Shown piece by piece: positions 16,667 to 25,411 of a stretch of 64,000 nucleotides of DNA. This stretch comes from Oscillospiraceae bacterium (GTDB taxonomy: Bacteria > Bacillota > Clostridia > Oscillospirales > SIG627). The stretch lies in the NCBI GenBank assembly GCA_015065325.1, contig SVQO01000008.1:7840-71839 (forward strand), written 5' to 3'. The notes beneath the pieces are model-generated. The model did no database searches. It was not told where the DNA came from and saw only the letters and a program-made list of their open reading frames with translations. Positions within the stretch are counted from its first letter, which is position 1. Each line of letters begins with the position of its first letter. Position numbers and translations under genes: made by a program.

Positions 16667-16789
16667 TTGCCTTCGGCAAGTGATGCGCCTTACGGCGTGA
16701 TGCTGCCCCTTGCGGGGCAAGTGATGTGTTTTCCCCAAAGGGAAAACGTTGCGGTAGGAATTTGTTCCGCGGAACAAATTCCGTTTTTT
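16667..16789. repeat. Array of five consecutive short GC-rich stem-loops (REP-like)
   Basis: The hairpins are TTGCC-TTC-GGCAA, GCGCC-TTA-CGGCG, TGCCCC-TTGC-GGGGCA, GTTTTCCC-CAAA-GGGAAAAC and GGAATTTGTTCC-GC-GGAACAAATTCC plus a T-run. The first three are each followed by (AAG)TGATG. Confidence 0.6.
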
Positions 16790-16812
16790 CGTTTTAAAAG
16801 GGAAAAAGGAAT

Positions 16813-17685
16813 TTACAACAGGTCGGCGGGCTTGTAATCGGGGACTGCGGCGGTTTGGGAAACCACGAAGCCCGCTACGGCAGAGGCGGTTTGCAGGCAG
16901 GAGAGCAGATCCTTTCCCGACAGATACTCGCTGACGAATGCCGCGCCGAAGCTATCTCCTGCACCGACGGTAGATTTTACCGAGACCTTTTTTGCCGGGC
17001 AGAAAGCGCCCTTTTCGTCCTCACAGCTCAGCGCATAGGCTCCTTCGCCGCCTAAGGTGATGATGATACACCGCAAATTGGAAAAGGCTTTTGCCAGATG
17101 CGCGGCAAAGGCACGGGGCTCCGTTTCCTTCGTCCCGAGAAGCCTTGCTACGGTGGGAAGCTCCTCGTCGCTGATCTTCAGGACCGTGGCGCGGGAAACG
17201 GCAAAGCGGACCGTCTTTTCCGAATAGAAGGGGGGGCGGATATTCATGTCCACGAAGATCTCACCAAAGCTTTTTTGCTTCAGAAGCTCGGTGAGGGAGG
17301 CAAAATTGTATTCGCTTCTCAGAGCGAGGGTACCGAAATAAAGCAGATCAAAATCCTCCCGTATTCCTTCGCAGGAGATACAGTCGTATGCCACGTCCTT
17401 TAAAAGGTTATAGGAAGGGATGGAGTTTTCGTCCAGGGTCACAAGACAGGCACCGGTTTCCCGGCCTGCCAGCGCAGGTACGAAGCGGTCGCCCAGATTC
17501 CAGTCGCGAAGCTGTGCCCGTGCCTCCTCGCCCAAAGAGTCCGCGCCCAGGGCGGAAAGCATATCTACCCGATGGCCGAATTTTGCCAGATGGGCGGCAA
17601 AGTTCAGGCTGGCACCGCCCAGATGCTTTTCATTGGGATAAATATCCCAAAGGATCTCTCCGAAGGATAGAATTTTTGCACTCAT
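16813..17685 (-). CDS. PfkB-family sugar kinase (fructokinase-like)
   Basis: 'FGEILWDIYP..HLGGASLNFAAHLAKFG' and the C-terminal 'GAGDSFGAAFV' ATP motif. Confidence 0.8.
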   Translation of the reverse strand: MSAKILSFGEILWDIYPNEKHLGGASLNFAAHLAKFGHRVDMLSALGADSLGEEARAQLRDWNLGDRFVPALAGRETGACLVTLDENSIPSYNLLKDVAYDCISCEGIREDFDLLYFGTLALRSEYNFASLTELLKQKSFGEIFVDMNIRPPFYSEKTVRFAVSRATVLKISDEELPTVARLLGTKETEPRAFAAHLAKAFSNLRCIIITLGGEGAYALSCEDEKGAFCPAKKVSVKSTVGAGDSFGAAFVSEYLSGKDLLSCLQTASAVAGFVVSQTAAVPDYKPADLL

Positions 17686-17686
17686 A

Positions 17687-18721
17687 TTATTGCTCCTTTT
17701 CGTGAGGGAGGATAATGAATTTTCCCTTGGCGCGCAAAGCGGCGTCGGAAAGGATCTCGGGAAGCTTTTCCATTTCCACGCGGTCGTAAACGATATCGGT
17801 CACGTTGATCTTTCCGCTTTCGATCAGCTCCAGCGCGCGTTTTTGGGTGTAGGGGTTGATGAAGGAGGCTTTCAGAGTGATCTCCTTTTTGAAGATTTCA
17901 AAGGGCTTGACGGGGATGGTATCGTCGGGGGCAGTGAGCCCGAACATCATCACCACGCTTTTTTTGCCTGCAAGGTCGATCGCCTGCGACATAGTGGCAG
18001 GCTTTCCTACGCACTCAATGACGCAGGAAATGCGGTGGATTCCGTTTGCTTCAAGAATCTCCTTGGCGTTTTCGGAGATGGGATCGATGACGAGATCTGC
18101 ACCAAGCTTTACCGCGATCTCCCGCTTTTCGGCAACGGGCTCCAGCATGATCAGCTTTCCTGCCCCGGAGAGCTTGGCAAGCTGCAGCATGATCATACCG
18201 ATCATACCTCCGCCGATGACGGCTACGGTATCGCCGCAGGAGATGTCGCACAGATCGATTCCGTGCATACAGCATGCCACGGGCTCGGTCATTGCCGCCG
18301 CTTCAAAGCTTGTTTTCTCGCTGAACCGATATGCCTGTGACTGAGGCACCGCGCAGTACTCGGCAAAACCGCCGTTGACTCCCGTTCCGATGCCGCGCAT
18401 CTCTTCGCAAAAGTGGCCGATGCCGCTTCTGCAATAGTAGCACTTTCCGCAAAGCTGGTTGGGATCCACGCAAACGCGGTCTCCGGGACGAAGCCCCTTT
18501 ACCTCTGCGCCGACTTCTTCCACGACGCCCGCAAATTCGTGACCCAGCACCGTTCCTTCGGGTGTGGGAAAGCAACCCTCATCCCCGCAGAAAATATGTA
18601 CGTCCGTACCGCATACGCCGCAAGCCATAACCTTGATCAGCACTTCGTCGGCACCGGGGGTGGGCTTTTCGATCTCGGTTACTCTCAGATCGTTTTTTCC
18701 GTAAAAACAGCAAGCTTTCAT
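17687..18721 (-). CDS. Zinc-dependent polyol/alcohol dehydrogenase (sorbitol/threonine dehydrogenase-like MDR)
   Basis: 'CGVCGTDVH', 'GHEFAGVVEEVG', the structural-zinc Cys cluster 'CGKCYYCRSG' and the 'VIGGGMIG' Rossmann motif. Confidence 0.8.
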   Translation of the reverse strand: MKACCFYGKNDLRVTEIEKPTPGADEVLIKVMACGVCGTDVHIFCGDEGCFPTPEGTVLGHEFAGVVEEVGAEVKGLRPGDRVCVDPNQLCGKCYYCRSGIGHFCEEMRGIGTGVNGGFAEYCAVPQSQAYRFSEKTSFEAAAMTEPVACCMHGIDLCDISCGDTVAVIGGGMIGMIMLQLAKLSGAGKLIMLEPVAEKREIAVKLGADLVIDPISENAKEILEANGIHRISCVIECVGKPATMSQAIDLAGKKSVVMMFGLTAPDDTIPVKPFEIFKKEITLKASFINPYTQKRALELIESGKINVTDIVYDRVEMEKLPEILSDAALRAKGKFIILPHEKEQ

Positions 18722-18732
18722 AATCGTCTCCT

Positions 18733-20307
18733 TTAAAGCGAAATTTGTTGAGGAATTCTGTTTTCGTAAAAGAACAGGTTTCGAAATCCGATTTCTTTCA
18801 GAGTCAGCAAAGCTTTGTCGTAATTCTTTCCCGCATCCTGCGGGGCGTGGGCATCGGTACCCACGGTGACAAGGTAGCCGCCCATTTCGTGATAACGCTT
18901 CAGGATCTCTCTGTCGGGCAGGAAGTCACCCAAAATACGGTAGGAGGAAACGTTGACCTCCAGTGCAATGCCTTTTTTGATGATCTTCTGCAAGATCAGA
19001 TCGATCTTTTCATCGTATTTGGCTCGGTCGATGCCAATGCCGAATTTTCCGTTGATGTAACGCAGTGGGCAGGTCAGGTGGCAGAGCACGTCAAATTCCA
19101 CGCAGTCGATCATCGTCAGCATATCGGTAAAATACCGATCCAGATACTCCTCGATCACCTCTCGGGAAAGGGAGGGAAAGTCCAGCGCGGAATAAGCGCG
19201 AGTCAGATCCTTGTACTGAACAAGATGCACCGAGCCCAGGATCACGTCGTAATCGGTCAGACGTCTTACCTGCTCGTAAATTTCGGGGTGCCAGAATCCC
19301 TCGCTGATCTCTACACCCGTCAGCACGCGGAACCTGTCACCGAGCTTTTCGTTTAGTGCCCGTGCCTCCTCCGCCGCTTTTCCGATGGGGGTGACCACGT
19401 CGTAGCGCAGGTAGGAATGGGTATCGAAGTGATCGGTGACCGCAAAGCCGTCCATTCCCTTTTCCATTTGCGCGTCTGCCATATCCCGAATTTTGCACAC
19501 CGAGTCGTGGGAGTGCTCGGAATGGGTGTGCATATCGATTCGCAGACCCTTGTTTTTCGGCGGCTTGATCTGCCCGTTGGTTTCAATAATATCGGCTCCC
19601 AAGGCTTCGGCATCTGCCAGATCCCGATAGCTCGACAGGATCCATACCCCGAGAGAGGCGTAGGGCTTGATCATTTCCGCCAGTCGGGGATTGGCAAATT
19701 CTACCTTGACCCAAGTGGTTTTGGGATTTTGGTGGGGAAGCCAGACGGTGAGACGCTCCTTGGGTAAAAGCGTTCCCAGCTCCTCCAAAGCTTCGGGAGT
19801 GACGGCTCCGTCATAATGCAAGTGCATTTCGGGAAAGGCGCTTACCGCTTCCGTAATGGCTTCAAGATTGGAGCAGGTGAGGCTTGCTACCGTTTGATAG
19901 GGAGCAAGGAGCTTGAAAAAGGCTTCCTTTTGTTCCGGGGTGTAGCGCTGATACTTGTTGTCGATCTTCAGGCGGATCCCTTTTTTCTCTGCAAGGGCAA
20001 GCACGTCGTCAAACAAGGCGATCTTCGTACCGCGGAACTTCTCGGAGAACCATACGCCGAAATCGTATTCCAGCGCCTTTTCGTAGGGAATGTCGGTAAT
20101 ACGGATCTCCTCGGCAATAGGGGAACCGTCGGGGTTTCGACCGGTTCGGTTTAAGGTGGCGTCGTGGATCAGGACAAAACGTAGATCCTGCGTGGGGGCA
20201 ACGTCCAGCTCAATAATATCGTACCCCTGCTCCATTGCCGCCAGAAATGCGGGCATGGTGTTTTCGGGATGCTCGGTGCTGACGCCTTTATGTGCTTGGA
20301 ACTGCAT
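18733..20307 (-). CDS. Fusion protein: N-terminal glycerophosphodiester phosphodiesterase (GDPD) + C-terminal PHP phosphoesterase domain
   Basis: GDPD: 'AHKGVSTEHPENTMPAFLAAMEQGYDIIELDV...LIHDATLNRT'. PHP: 'IDMHTHSEHSHDS...AVTDH...GSVH...VGTDAH'. The ATG at 20307 follows AAAGGAG. Confidence 0.7.
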   Translation of the reverse strand: MQFQAHKGVSTEHPENTMPAFLAAMEQGYDIIELDVAPTQDLRFVLIHDATLNRTGRNPDGSPIAEEIRITDIPYEKALEYDFGVWFSEKFRGTKIALFDDVLALAEKKGIRLKIDNKYQRYTPEQKEAFFKLLAPYQTVASLTCSNLEAITEAVSAFPEMHLHYDGAVTPEALEELGTLLPKERLTVWLPHQNPKTTWVKVEFANPRLAEMIKPYASLGVWILSSYRDLADAEALGADIIETNGQIKPPKNKGLRIDMHTHSEHSHDSVCKIRDMADAQMEKGMDGFAVTDHFDTHSYLRYDVVTPIGKAAEEARALNEKLGDRFRVLTGVEISEGFWHPEIYEQVRRLTDYDVILGSVHLVQYKDLTRAYSALDFPSLSREVIEEYLDRYFTDMLTMIDCVEFDVLCHLTCPLRYINGKFGIGIDRAKYDEKIDLILQKIIKKGIALEVNVSSYRILGDFLPDREILKRYHEMGGYLVTVGTDAHAPQDAGKNYDKALLTLKEIGFRNLFFYENRIPQQISL

Positions 20308-20442
20308 TGGGGCTCCTTTCTTGTTGACAGTGGTAGCATCTGATGCTATTATAAAGGAAACGATCAGAATGTTCAACTCTCGCCAACAAATTTGAGCAAA
20401 TGATCGTGATTTTGAGCAAACGAAGGGGAAAACGGTGGTTTT

Positions 20443-21144
20443 ATGAGCGCGGAGAGAGAAAAAAAGATTCTGGAGATCCTTTTAAAGGAAAAGAAATGCA
20501 CCGTGAAGGAGCTGGCAAAGACCCTTTACATCAGTCAGCCCTCCGTCCGTCGGGATCTGCAAAGCCTGGAACAGCAGCATCTTATCAAGCGTGTGCACGG
20601 CGGCGCAATGCTGGAGGAGAGCGCTTTATCCAAAAACAAGATCCCCTTTCTGATTCGGGAATACGAGCAGAGCAGTGCCAAGGCACTGATCGCCCGCAAG
20701 GCAGCGGAACTGATCAGAGACGGGGATGTAGTCTTTCTGGATGCCTCTACCAGCTGTTATTATATGATCCCCTATTTTGCCGCCAAAAAGGGAATTACCG
20801 TGGTGACAAGCGGTGTAAAGGCCCTGTCCAAGCTTGCCGAATACGACGTGCGCACCGTTTCTACGGGGGGAGCTCTTATCAACAGCTGTCTTGCCCTGGT
20901 GGGGGAGGAGGCGTACGCCACCTTGGAGTCCTTCAATGCCGACGTAGCGTTTTTCTCCTGCCGAGGGATTTCCGACGACGGGTATCTTACGGATATTTCT
21001 CCCGAGGAAAACAACGTGCGCAAGAAGATGATCCGTCACGCCAAGCGCTCCTATCTCCTTTGCGCCACGGAAAAATTCGGGAAGAGCTATTTTCACAACC
21101 TGTGCCACAAAGATGAGCTTGACGGCATCATCACCGAAGAATGA
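20443..21144 (+). CDS. DeoR/GlpR-family transcriptional regulator
   Basis: 'REKKILEILLKEKKCTVKELAKTLYISQPSVRRDLQSLEQQHLIKRVHGGA' plus a sugar-binding C-domain. It is divergent from the GDPD operon. Confidence 0.85.
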   Translation: MSAEREKKILEILLKEKKCTVKELAKTLYISQPSVRRDLQSLEQQHLIKRVHGGAMLEESALSKNKIPFLIREYEQSSAKALIARKAAELIRDGDVVFLDASTSCYYMIPYFAAKKGITVVTSGVKALSKLAEYDVRTVSTGGALINSCLALVGEEAYATLESFNADVAFFSCRGISDDGYLTDISPEENNVRKKMIRHAKRSYLLCATEKFGKSYFHNLCHKDELDGIITEE

Positions 21145-21205
21145 ACTAAAATTGCACCCTCAAAGCACTGTGCCTTGGGGGTGCAATCGTATTTTTCGGA
21201 AGTAT

Positions 21206-22180
21206 TTATATCACCTTCAGGACGACCTTGCCTACGTTTTCACAGCGCTGCAGGATCCCGTGGGCTTCCTCTGCCTGTTCCATAGGCAGAACCTTATAAA
21301 TGGAGGGACGGATGGCACCGCTTTCGATCTTCGGCCATACCTTTTCCACAAGCTCTGCCAGAAGGGCTGCCTTGAATGCGGGGGTACGGTTGCGCAGCAT
21401 AGAGCCTACCAGATGCAGACCCTTGGTCAAAAGGGGGCGGAGCTGAACGGTGGTTTCGATTCCCGCAAGGGTGGAGATCACGACCCAATAACCGCCGCGT
21501 GCCATATAGGGCAGGCTCTTGCCCAGGGTCTCACCGGAAAGGCAGTCCATGGAAACGGCAACGGGAGTTCCGTTTTCCTCCTCCTGCTTCAAGACCTCCT
21601 CCACTGCTTCCTTGGCGGAATTGATAATGAGGTCTGCCCCCAAAGGCCTGATCTTTTCGGCGATCTCATCGGATAGGACCGAGGTGATGACCCGTGCACC
21701 GAATGCCTTTGCCATAGGGATTGCCACGGATGCCAGACCGCTGGCACCTGCGGGGATGAAAGCGGTCTTCCCCGCTTCCAGATGACCCTCGATAAATAAA
21801 TTCAGATAAGAGGTGGCGTATGCCTCGGGGAGCGCGGAGGCCTCCTCCATCGTCAGACCCTTGGGTACGGGCATCAGCATATCCTCCTTGACCGCTACGT
21901 ATTCTGCGTAGCCGCCACCGCCCAGCAGAGCGCAGACCTTGTCGCCCGCCTGCCATTTGCTGACCCGTTCGCCGATTTCAACGATCTCTCCCGCGATCTC
22001 TAGACCCATCCATTCGGGACAGCCGGGAGGAGAGGGGTATTTTCCCTCTCTTTGCAGAAGGTCGGCGCGGTTCAGTGCGGCGGCGTGGATCCTGACGATC
22101 ACGTCCTCCTCCCCCATTTTCGGGTAGGGAACCTCACTCCAAACGAGCTTTTTATTTTCATCGATCAGCATTGCTTTCAT
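21206..22180 (-). CDS. NAD(P)H:quinone oxidoreductase-like MDR (zeta-crystallin family)
   Basis: 'VRIHAAALNRADLLQREGKYP', 'GLEIAGEIVEIG' and 'AGASGLASVAI'. Confidence 0.75.
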   Translation of the reverse strand: MKAMLIDENKKLVWSEVPYPKMGEEDVIVRIHAAALNRADLLQREGKYPSPPGCPEWMGLEIAGEIVEIGERVSKWQAGDKVCALLGGGGYAEYVAVKEDMLMPVPKGLTMEEASALPEAYATSYLNLFIEGHLEAGKTAFIPAGASGLASVAIPMAKAFGARVITSVLSDEIAEKIRPLGADLIINSAKEAVEEVLKQEEENGTPVAVSMDCLSGETLGKSLPYMARGGYWVVISTLAGIETTVQLRPLLTKGLHLVGSMLRNRTPAFKAALLAELVEKVWPKIESGAIRPSIYKVLPMEQAEEAHGILQRCENVGKVVLKVI

Positions 22181-23214
22181 TTTGCTTCCTCCTGCTTTTT
22201 GGCAAAGTATTCGTCCATTCGCTCGTTGACCCTTGCACGGATCTTATCCACACGAAGATTGTCAAGAGAGAGTTTTGCAAGCTCCATCTTCATTGCGTCG
22301 TAAAAGGGCATCAGCTCCTCCTGCTTCATACCCGTAATGGCGAGAATTTTGGAATTGTCGGTGATGCGGTCGAAGAGTCTGGCGTATTCCAGCTGCCACC
22401 GCACGAAGGGAGAGATCGCGTTCCGATCCTTGGACATGATCTGCAGATACTCCTCCTGATCCACCCACTCGTATTTCAGACCGATCAGATCCCGATAGAT
22501 CTCGGCGAGCTCACCCCATGTATGGTATTCTGCGGTGGAAGCGATGAATTTCTCTCCCAGCGCCTCCTTCTTTCCCGCAAGGCGGGCGATCATCACGCCT
22601 ACGTCTCCCGCCCAGGACATGGTGGCGGGCTTGTCCTTTGCTTGAATTGGAATCACCACCGGCTTTCCTTGAAGGGCACGGTAAACGAAGGTGCCCGCCT
22701 CCAGCGTTACAAGCTGTGCTCTGCCGGTGGAAAAGGTGGTGGCGGGGAGGATAATGGTCCAGTTTTTCTTTCCCGATTTGGTGAGAAGATCCTCCTCTGC
22801 CGCCTTGAAAAGGGAATATTCCTTTTCCACGTATTGTAAATACTCCTTGTTTTTGGAAACGTCGATGAGGCGGGGGGAGGATTCCCGAACAGGCACCTCC
22901 TCATTGGCGTACACCCGACAGCTGGAAAGGAACATATACTGATCCGTATTTTCCAAAAATAGGGGGGCGCGTACCCGAAATTGAGGCAGAGTATAGCTCA
23001 TAAAGTCCAGGATCACGTCAAAGTGCGTTTTCGTGATCTTTTCCGTCAGCCACGCATCGTCCATGGCGTTGGCAATGCTTGCCGTCAGGTGTTCGTGGGT
23101 AATTGCGGGCTCGTCCAGTGCGACTACGTCCACGGAAAAACCCAGGCGTAAAAGCTCGGGAACCGCATATCTGCCCATAGCACCCGTGCCGCCCAAAACC
23201 AAAATTTTTTTCAT
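22177..23214 (-). CDS. NAD-dependent epimerase/dehydratase-like SDR (NmrA-like)
   Basis: 'MKKILVLGGTGAMGRY' Rossmann motif. Its stop overlaps the next ATG (ATGA at 22177-22180). Confidence 0.65.
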   Translation of the reverse strand: MKKILVLGGTGAMGRYAVPELLRLGFSVDVVALDEPAITHEHLTASIANAMDDAWLTEKITKTHFDVILDFMSYTLPQFRVRAPLFLENTDQYMFLSSCRVYANEEVPVRESSPRLIDVSKNKEYLQYVEKEYSLFKAAEEDLLTKSGKKNWTIILPATTFSTGRAQLVTLEAGTFVYRALQGKPVVIPIQAKDKPATMSWAGDVGVMIARLAGKKEALGEKFIASTAEYHTWGELAEIYRDLIGLKYEWVDQEEYLQIMSKDRNAISPFVRWQLEYARLFDRITDNSKILAITGMKQEELMPFYDAMKMELAKLSLDNLRVDKIRARVNERMDEYFAKKQEEAK

Positions 23215-23229
23215 AGGGAAAGCTCCTTT

Positions 23230-24243
23230 TCAGTCAATATTTTTGCCATTGAAGCCAACCCCTCCTACGATCTCGTCAAGGACCTTTTGCACCAAAAAGT
23301 CGTGCTCGTAGGTAAAGGGGTTTTGCTTTTCGCCCAAAATGTAGGCGTGGAAATCCTGCATCATCTCGTCGTATCTTCCTCCCGCCGTATGATCCTCGAA
23401 GGGGAGGGTGACCTTGCGGTCCTCGTAGGTTTTGTCTGCAATTTCAAGGTCCGACCAGGTCATGGTAATAGGCCGCTCCAAGGGACAGATATTTGCCGTT
23501 CCAAGGCTTCCTCCCACCATAAACTGCCGTCTGCCGAAGCCGTTGACCTCCACGGAGGAAACGAAAACGCGGGCAAGAGCCTTATCGAATTCCAGAACGG
23601 CGAGATTGTTGTCCTCCAGATCCACTCCGTCCAGTCTCGTGCGGGAGACGAAGGAGCTGATCTTTTTCGGCTCACCCAAGAGATATACGATCAGATCCAC
23701 CAGATGGCTTCCGAAAATATACATACCGCCGCCGCGGAAGTTGGTCAGCCATTTTCGCGTATCCGTGGGATGCAAGGTGCTCATTTCCGCGTGAATGGAA
23801 TGAATTTCTCCGAGTTCACCCTTTTTGATCCTTTCAAAGCATTCCAGCACGGCGGGGTTGTAGCGGTACATATAGCCCAGCTGGACCACCAGATTCTTTT
23901 CCTTTGCAGTGTCGAGAAGCGCCTTGTATTCCTCCAAGGTTCCGCTTGCGGGCTTATCCATGTGGATATGCTTGCCCGCATCCACGCACATTTTGGCGTA
24001 TTTGGTCAGATCCCATACGTCGCTTTCCACCAAAACCGCGTCGGCGCCATCGATGACCTCCTTTACGCTCAGGCGTGGGAGACCCTCGTAGCCCTTCCGA
24101 TCTCCTCTTTTTTCGATCCAGCGCCGGTTTTCCTCGGCGTAGCCGATGACCTCGAACAGTTCGGGAAACTTCCTTGCTGCCTTCATTTTCGATTCGCCGT
24201 GATTGTGTCCGATGCCGATCTGTCCGATCTTGATTTTTTTCAT
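23230..24243 (-). CDS. Gfo/Idh/MocA-family oxidoreductase
   Basis: The N-terminus 'KIGQIGIGHNHG' and 'HIHMDKPAS' are typical of the family. Confidence 0.75.
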   Translation of the reverse strand: MKKIKIGQIGIGHNHGESKMKAARKFPELFEVIGYAEENRRWIEKRGDRKGYEGLPRLSVKEVIDGADAVLVESDVWDLTKYAKMCVDAGKHIHMDKPASGTLEEYKALLDTAKEKNLVVQLGYMYRYNPAVLECFERIKKGELGEIHSIHAEMSTLHPTDTRKWLTNFRGGGMYIFGSHLVDLIVYLLGEPKKISSFVSRTRLDGVDLEDNNLAVLEFDKALARVFVSSVEVNGFGRRQFMVGGSLGTANICPLERPITMTWSDLEIADKTYEDRKVTLPFEDHTAGGRYDEMMQDFHAYILGEKQNPFTYEHDFLVQKVLDEIVGGVGFNGKNID

Positions 24244-24409
24244 TCCGATCCACTCCCATCCAAGACGGCTGCAAGCTCGCTCTTATAATTTGATTATAAA
24301 GCTTTCCCCATATTCGTAAATGGAGATTGTGATAGTTTTGTCGATTTTGATACAAAATTTCTTGCAAAAATTAAATTTTTGTGCTAAAATCAAGGAGAGA
24401 GGTGATCTT

Positions 24410-25180
24410 GTGTTTGTCGATTTTACGCCTGTTCAGGTGGTTTCCGTCACCCGAAAGCTGAAATCTTCCGTGGGTGTTACGGTGCGAAACCGTCGGCGAA
24501 AGTATTGGGGGATCGCTTATAAAAAAGAAGGCGAGACCTACTATTATCAGAACGGAAAGCAATTTCTTTCCGACAAAAATCACGTGTTGCTTTTGCCCAA
24601 GGACGGAAATTACGCCTGGGAATGCAAAAAGGCGGGGGAGTGCATCCTCGTCGATTTTGAGGCGACGGGTGCCCGTGAGGAGATCCAAAGCATTTTTATC
24701 GGCGACGGAGGAGAGCTTTTGACCGCTTTTTCCAAAATGGAGCGCTGTATGAGCCCCGATAATCCTGCGGGAGAGCTGGAGGCAATGCAACAGCTGTACG
24801 GGATCTTGGTGATCCTGACGAAGGCGGAAAATAAAAAGTACGCTCCCAAGGACAAGCAACGCCGATTGGAGCCCGCTATGGACGCGATTTTGGCGCATTA
24901 CTCCGAACCCGACATCACCAACGAAAGCCTTGCCCGCCTTTGCGGGATGAGCGTGGTGTATTTTCGCAAGTGCTTTGAGTCGGTGTACGGGGTCTCGCCC
25001 ATTCGTTATCTGCACCATTTGCGGATGGATAAGGCGAAGGGAATGCTTCTGAGCGACTACGATTCCATTACCCAGATCGCCCAAAGCGTGGGCTACGGAA
25101 GTATTTATCACTTTTCCAAAATGTTTCGTGCCTACACCGGCGTAAGCCCCTCCGAATATGCAAAATCCTCCCGATCGTGA
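24410..25180 (+). CDS. AraC-family transcriptional regulator (AraC-1)
   Basis: A GTG start follows AAGGAGAGAGG. The C-terminal double HTH reads 'LARLCGMSVVYFRKCFESVYGVSPIRYLHHLRMDKAKGMLL...IAQSVGYGSIYHFSKMFRAYTGVSPSEY'. Confidence 0.8.
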   Translation: MFVDFTPVQVVSVTRKLKSSVGVTVRNRRRKYWGIAYKKEGETYYYQNGKQFLSDKNHVLLLPKDGNYAWECKKAGECILVDFEATGAREEIQSIFIGDGGELLTAFSKMERCMSPDNPAGELEAMQQLYGILVILTKAENKKYAPKDKQRRLEPAMDAILAHYSEPDITNESLARLCGMSVVYFRKCFESVYGVSPIRYLHHLRMDKAKGMLLSDYDSITQIAQSVGYGSIYHFSKMFRAYTGVSPSEYAKSSRS

Positions 25181-25195
25181 TCGGGAGGATTTTTT
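25157..25195 (+). repeat. 39-bp direct repeat, copy A (last codons of AraC-1 + its terminator hairpin)
   Basis: TATGCAAAATCCTCCCGAtcgTGATCGGGAGGATTTTTT. It matches 30870-30908 except for 3 loop bases. The stop codon sits in the hairpin loop. Confidence 0.85.
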
Positions 25196-25370
25196 CCGGT
25201 ACCATTTGAGGAAGATCCCCTATATCAAAATTTGGAGCCGAGGGATCGGAAGCACCGCAAGAGGTGCATTTCCAGTTGCTGTAATTGTGAGGGAGAGGGG
25301 CTCCTTCGGTGATTCCGCAACTGCTGCAGTTTTTTCTTTTGCAAGAGAAAAAAGGAAAAGCACCGATTTT

Positions 25371-25389
25371 TTTCGGTGCTTTGGGATGA
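25371..25389. repeat. 19-bp direct repeat, left copy (part of the original GRE-operon terminator)
   Basis: TTTCGGTGCTTTGGGATGA is identical to 26967-26985. Here it forms the right arm of the hairpin AGCACCGA-TTTTTTT-TCGGTGCT. Confidence 0.85.
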
Positions 25390-25411
25390 GGGGGAGTTGC
25401 AATGCTTTTTA

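Noticed and set aside
16667-16789. Possible CRISPR array (also considered for 42349-42510)
   Set aside because: The units are hairpins of differing sequence without regular repeat-spacer periodicity, or only two repeat copies are present. No cas genes occur in the window.
20400-21116. 238-aa alternative-frame ORF overlapping the DeoR gene
   Set aside because: Its Arg/Gly/Ser-rich composition is atypical. The +1 frame (20443-21144) encodes a canonical DeoR HTH and effector domain.
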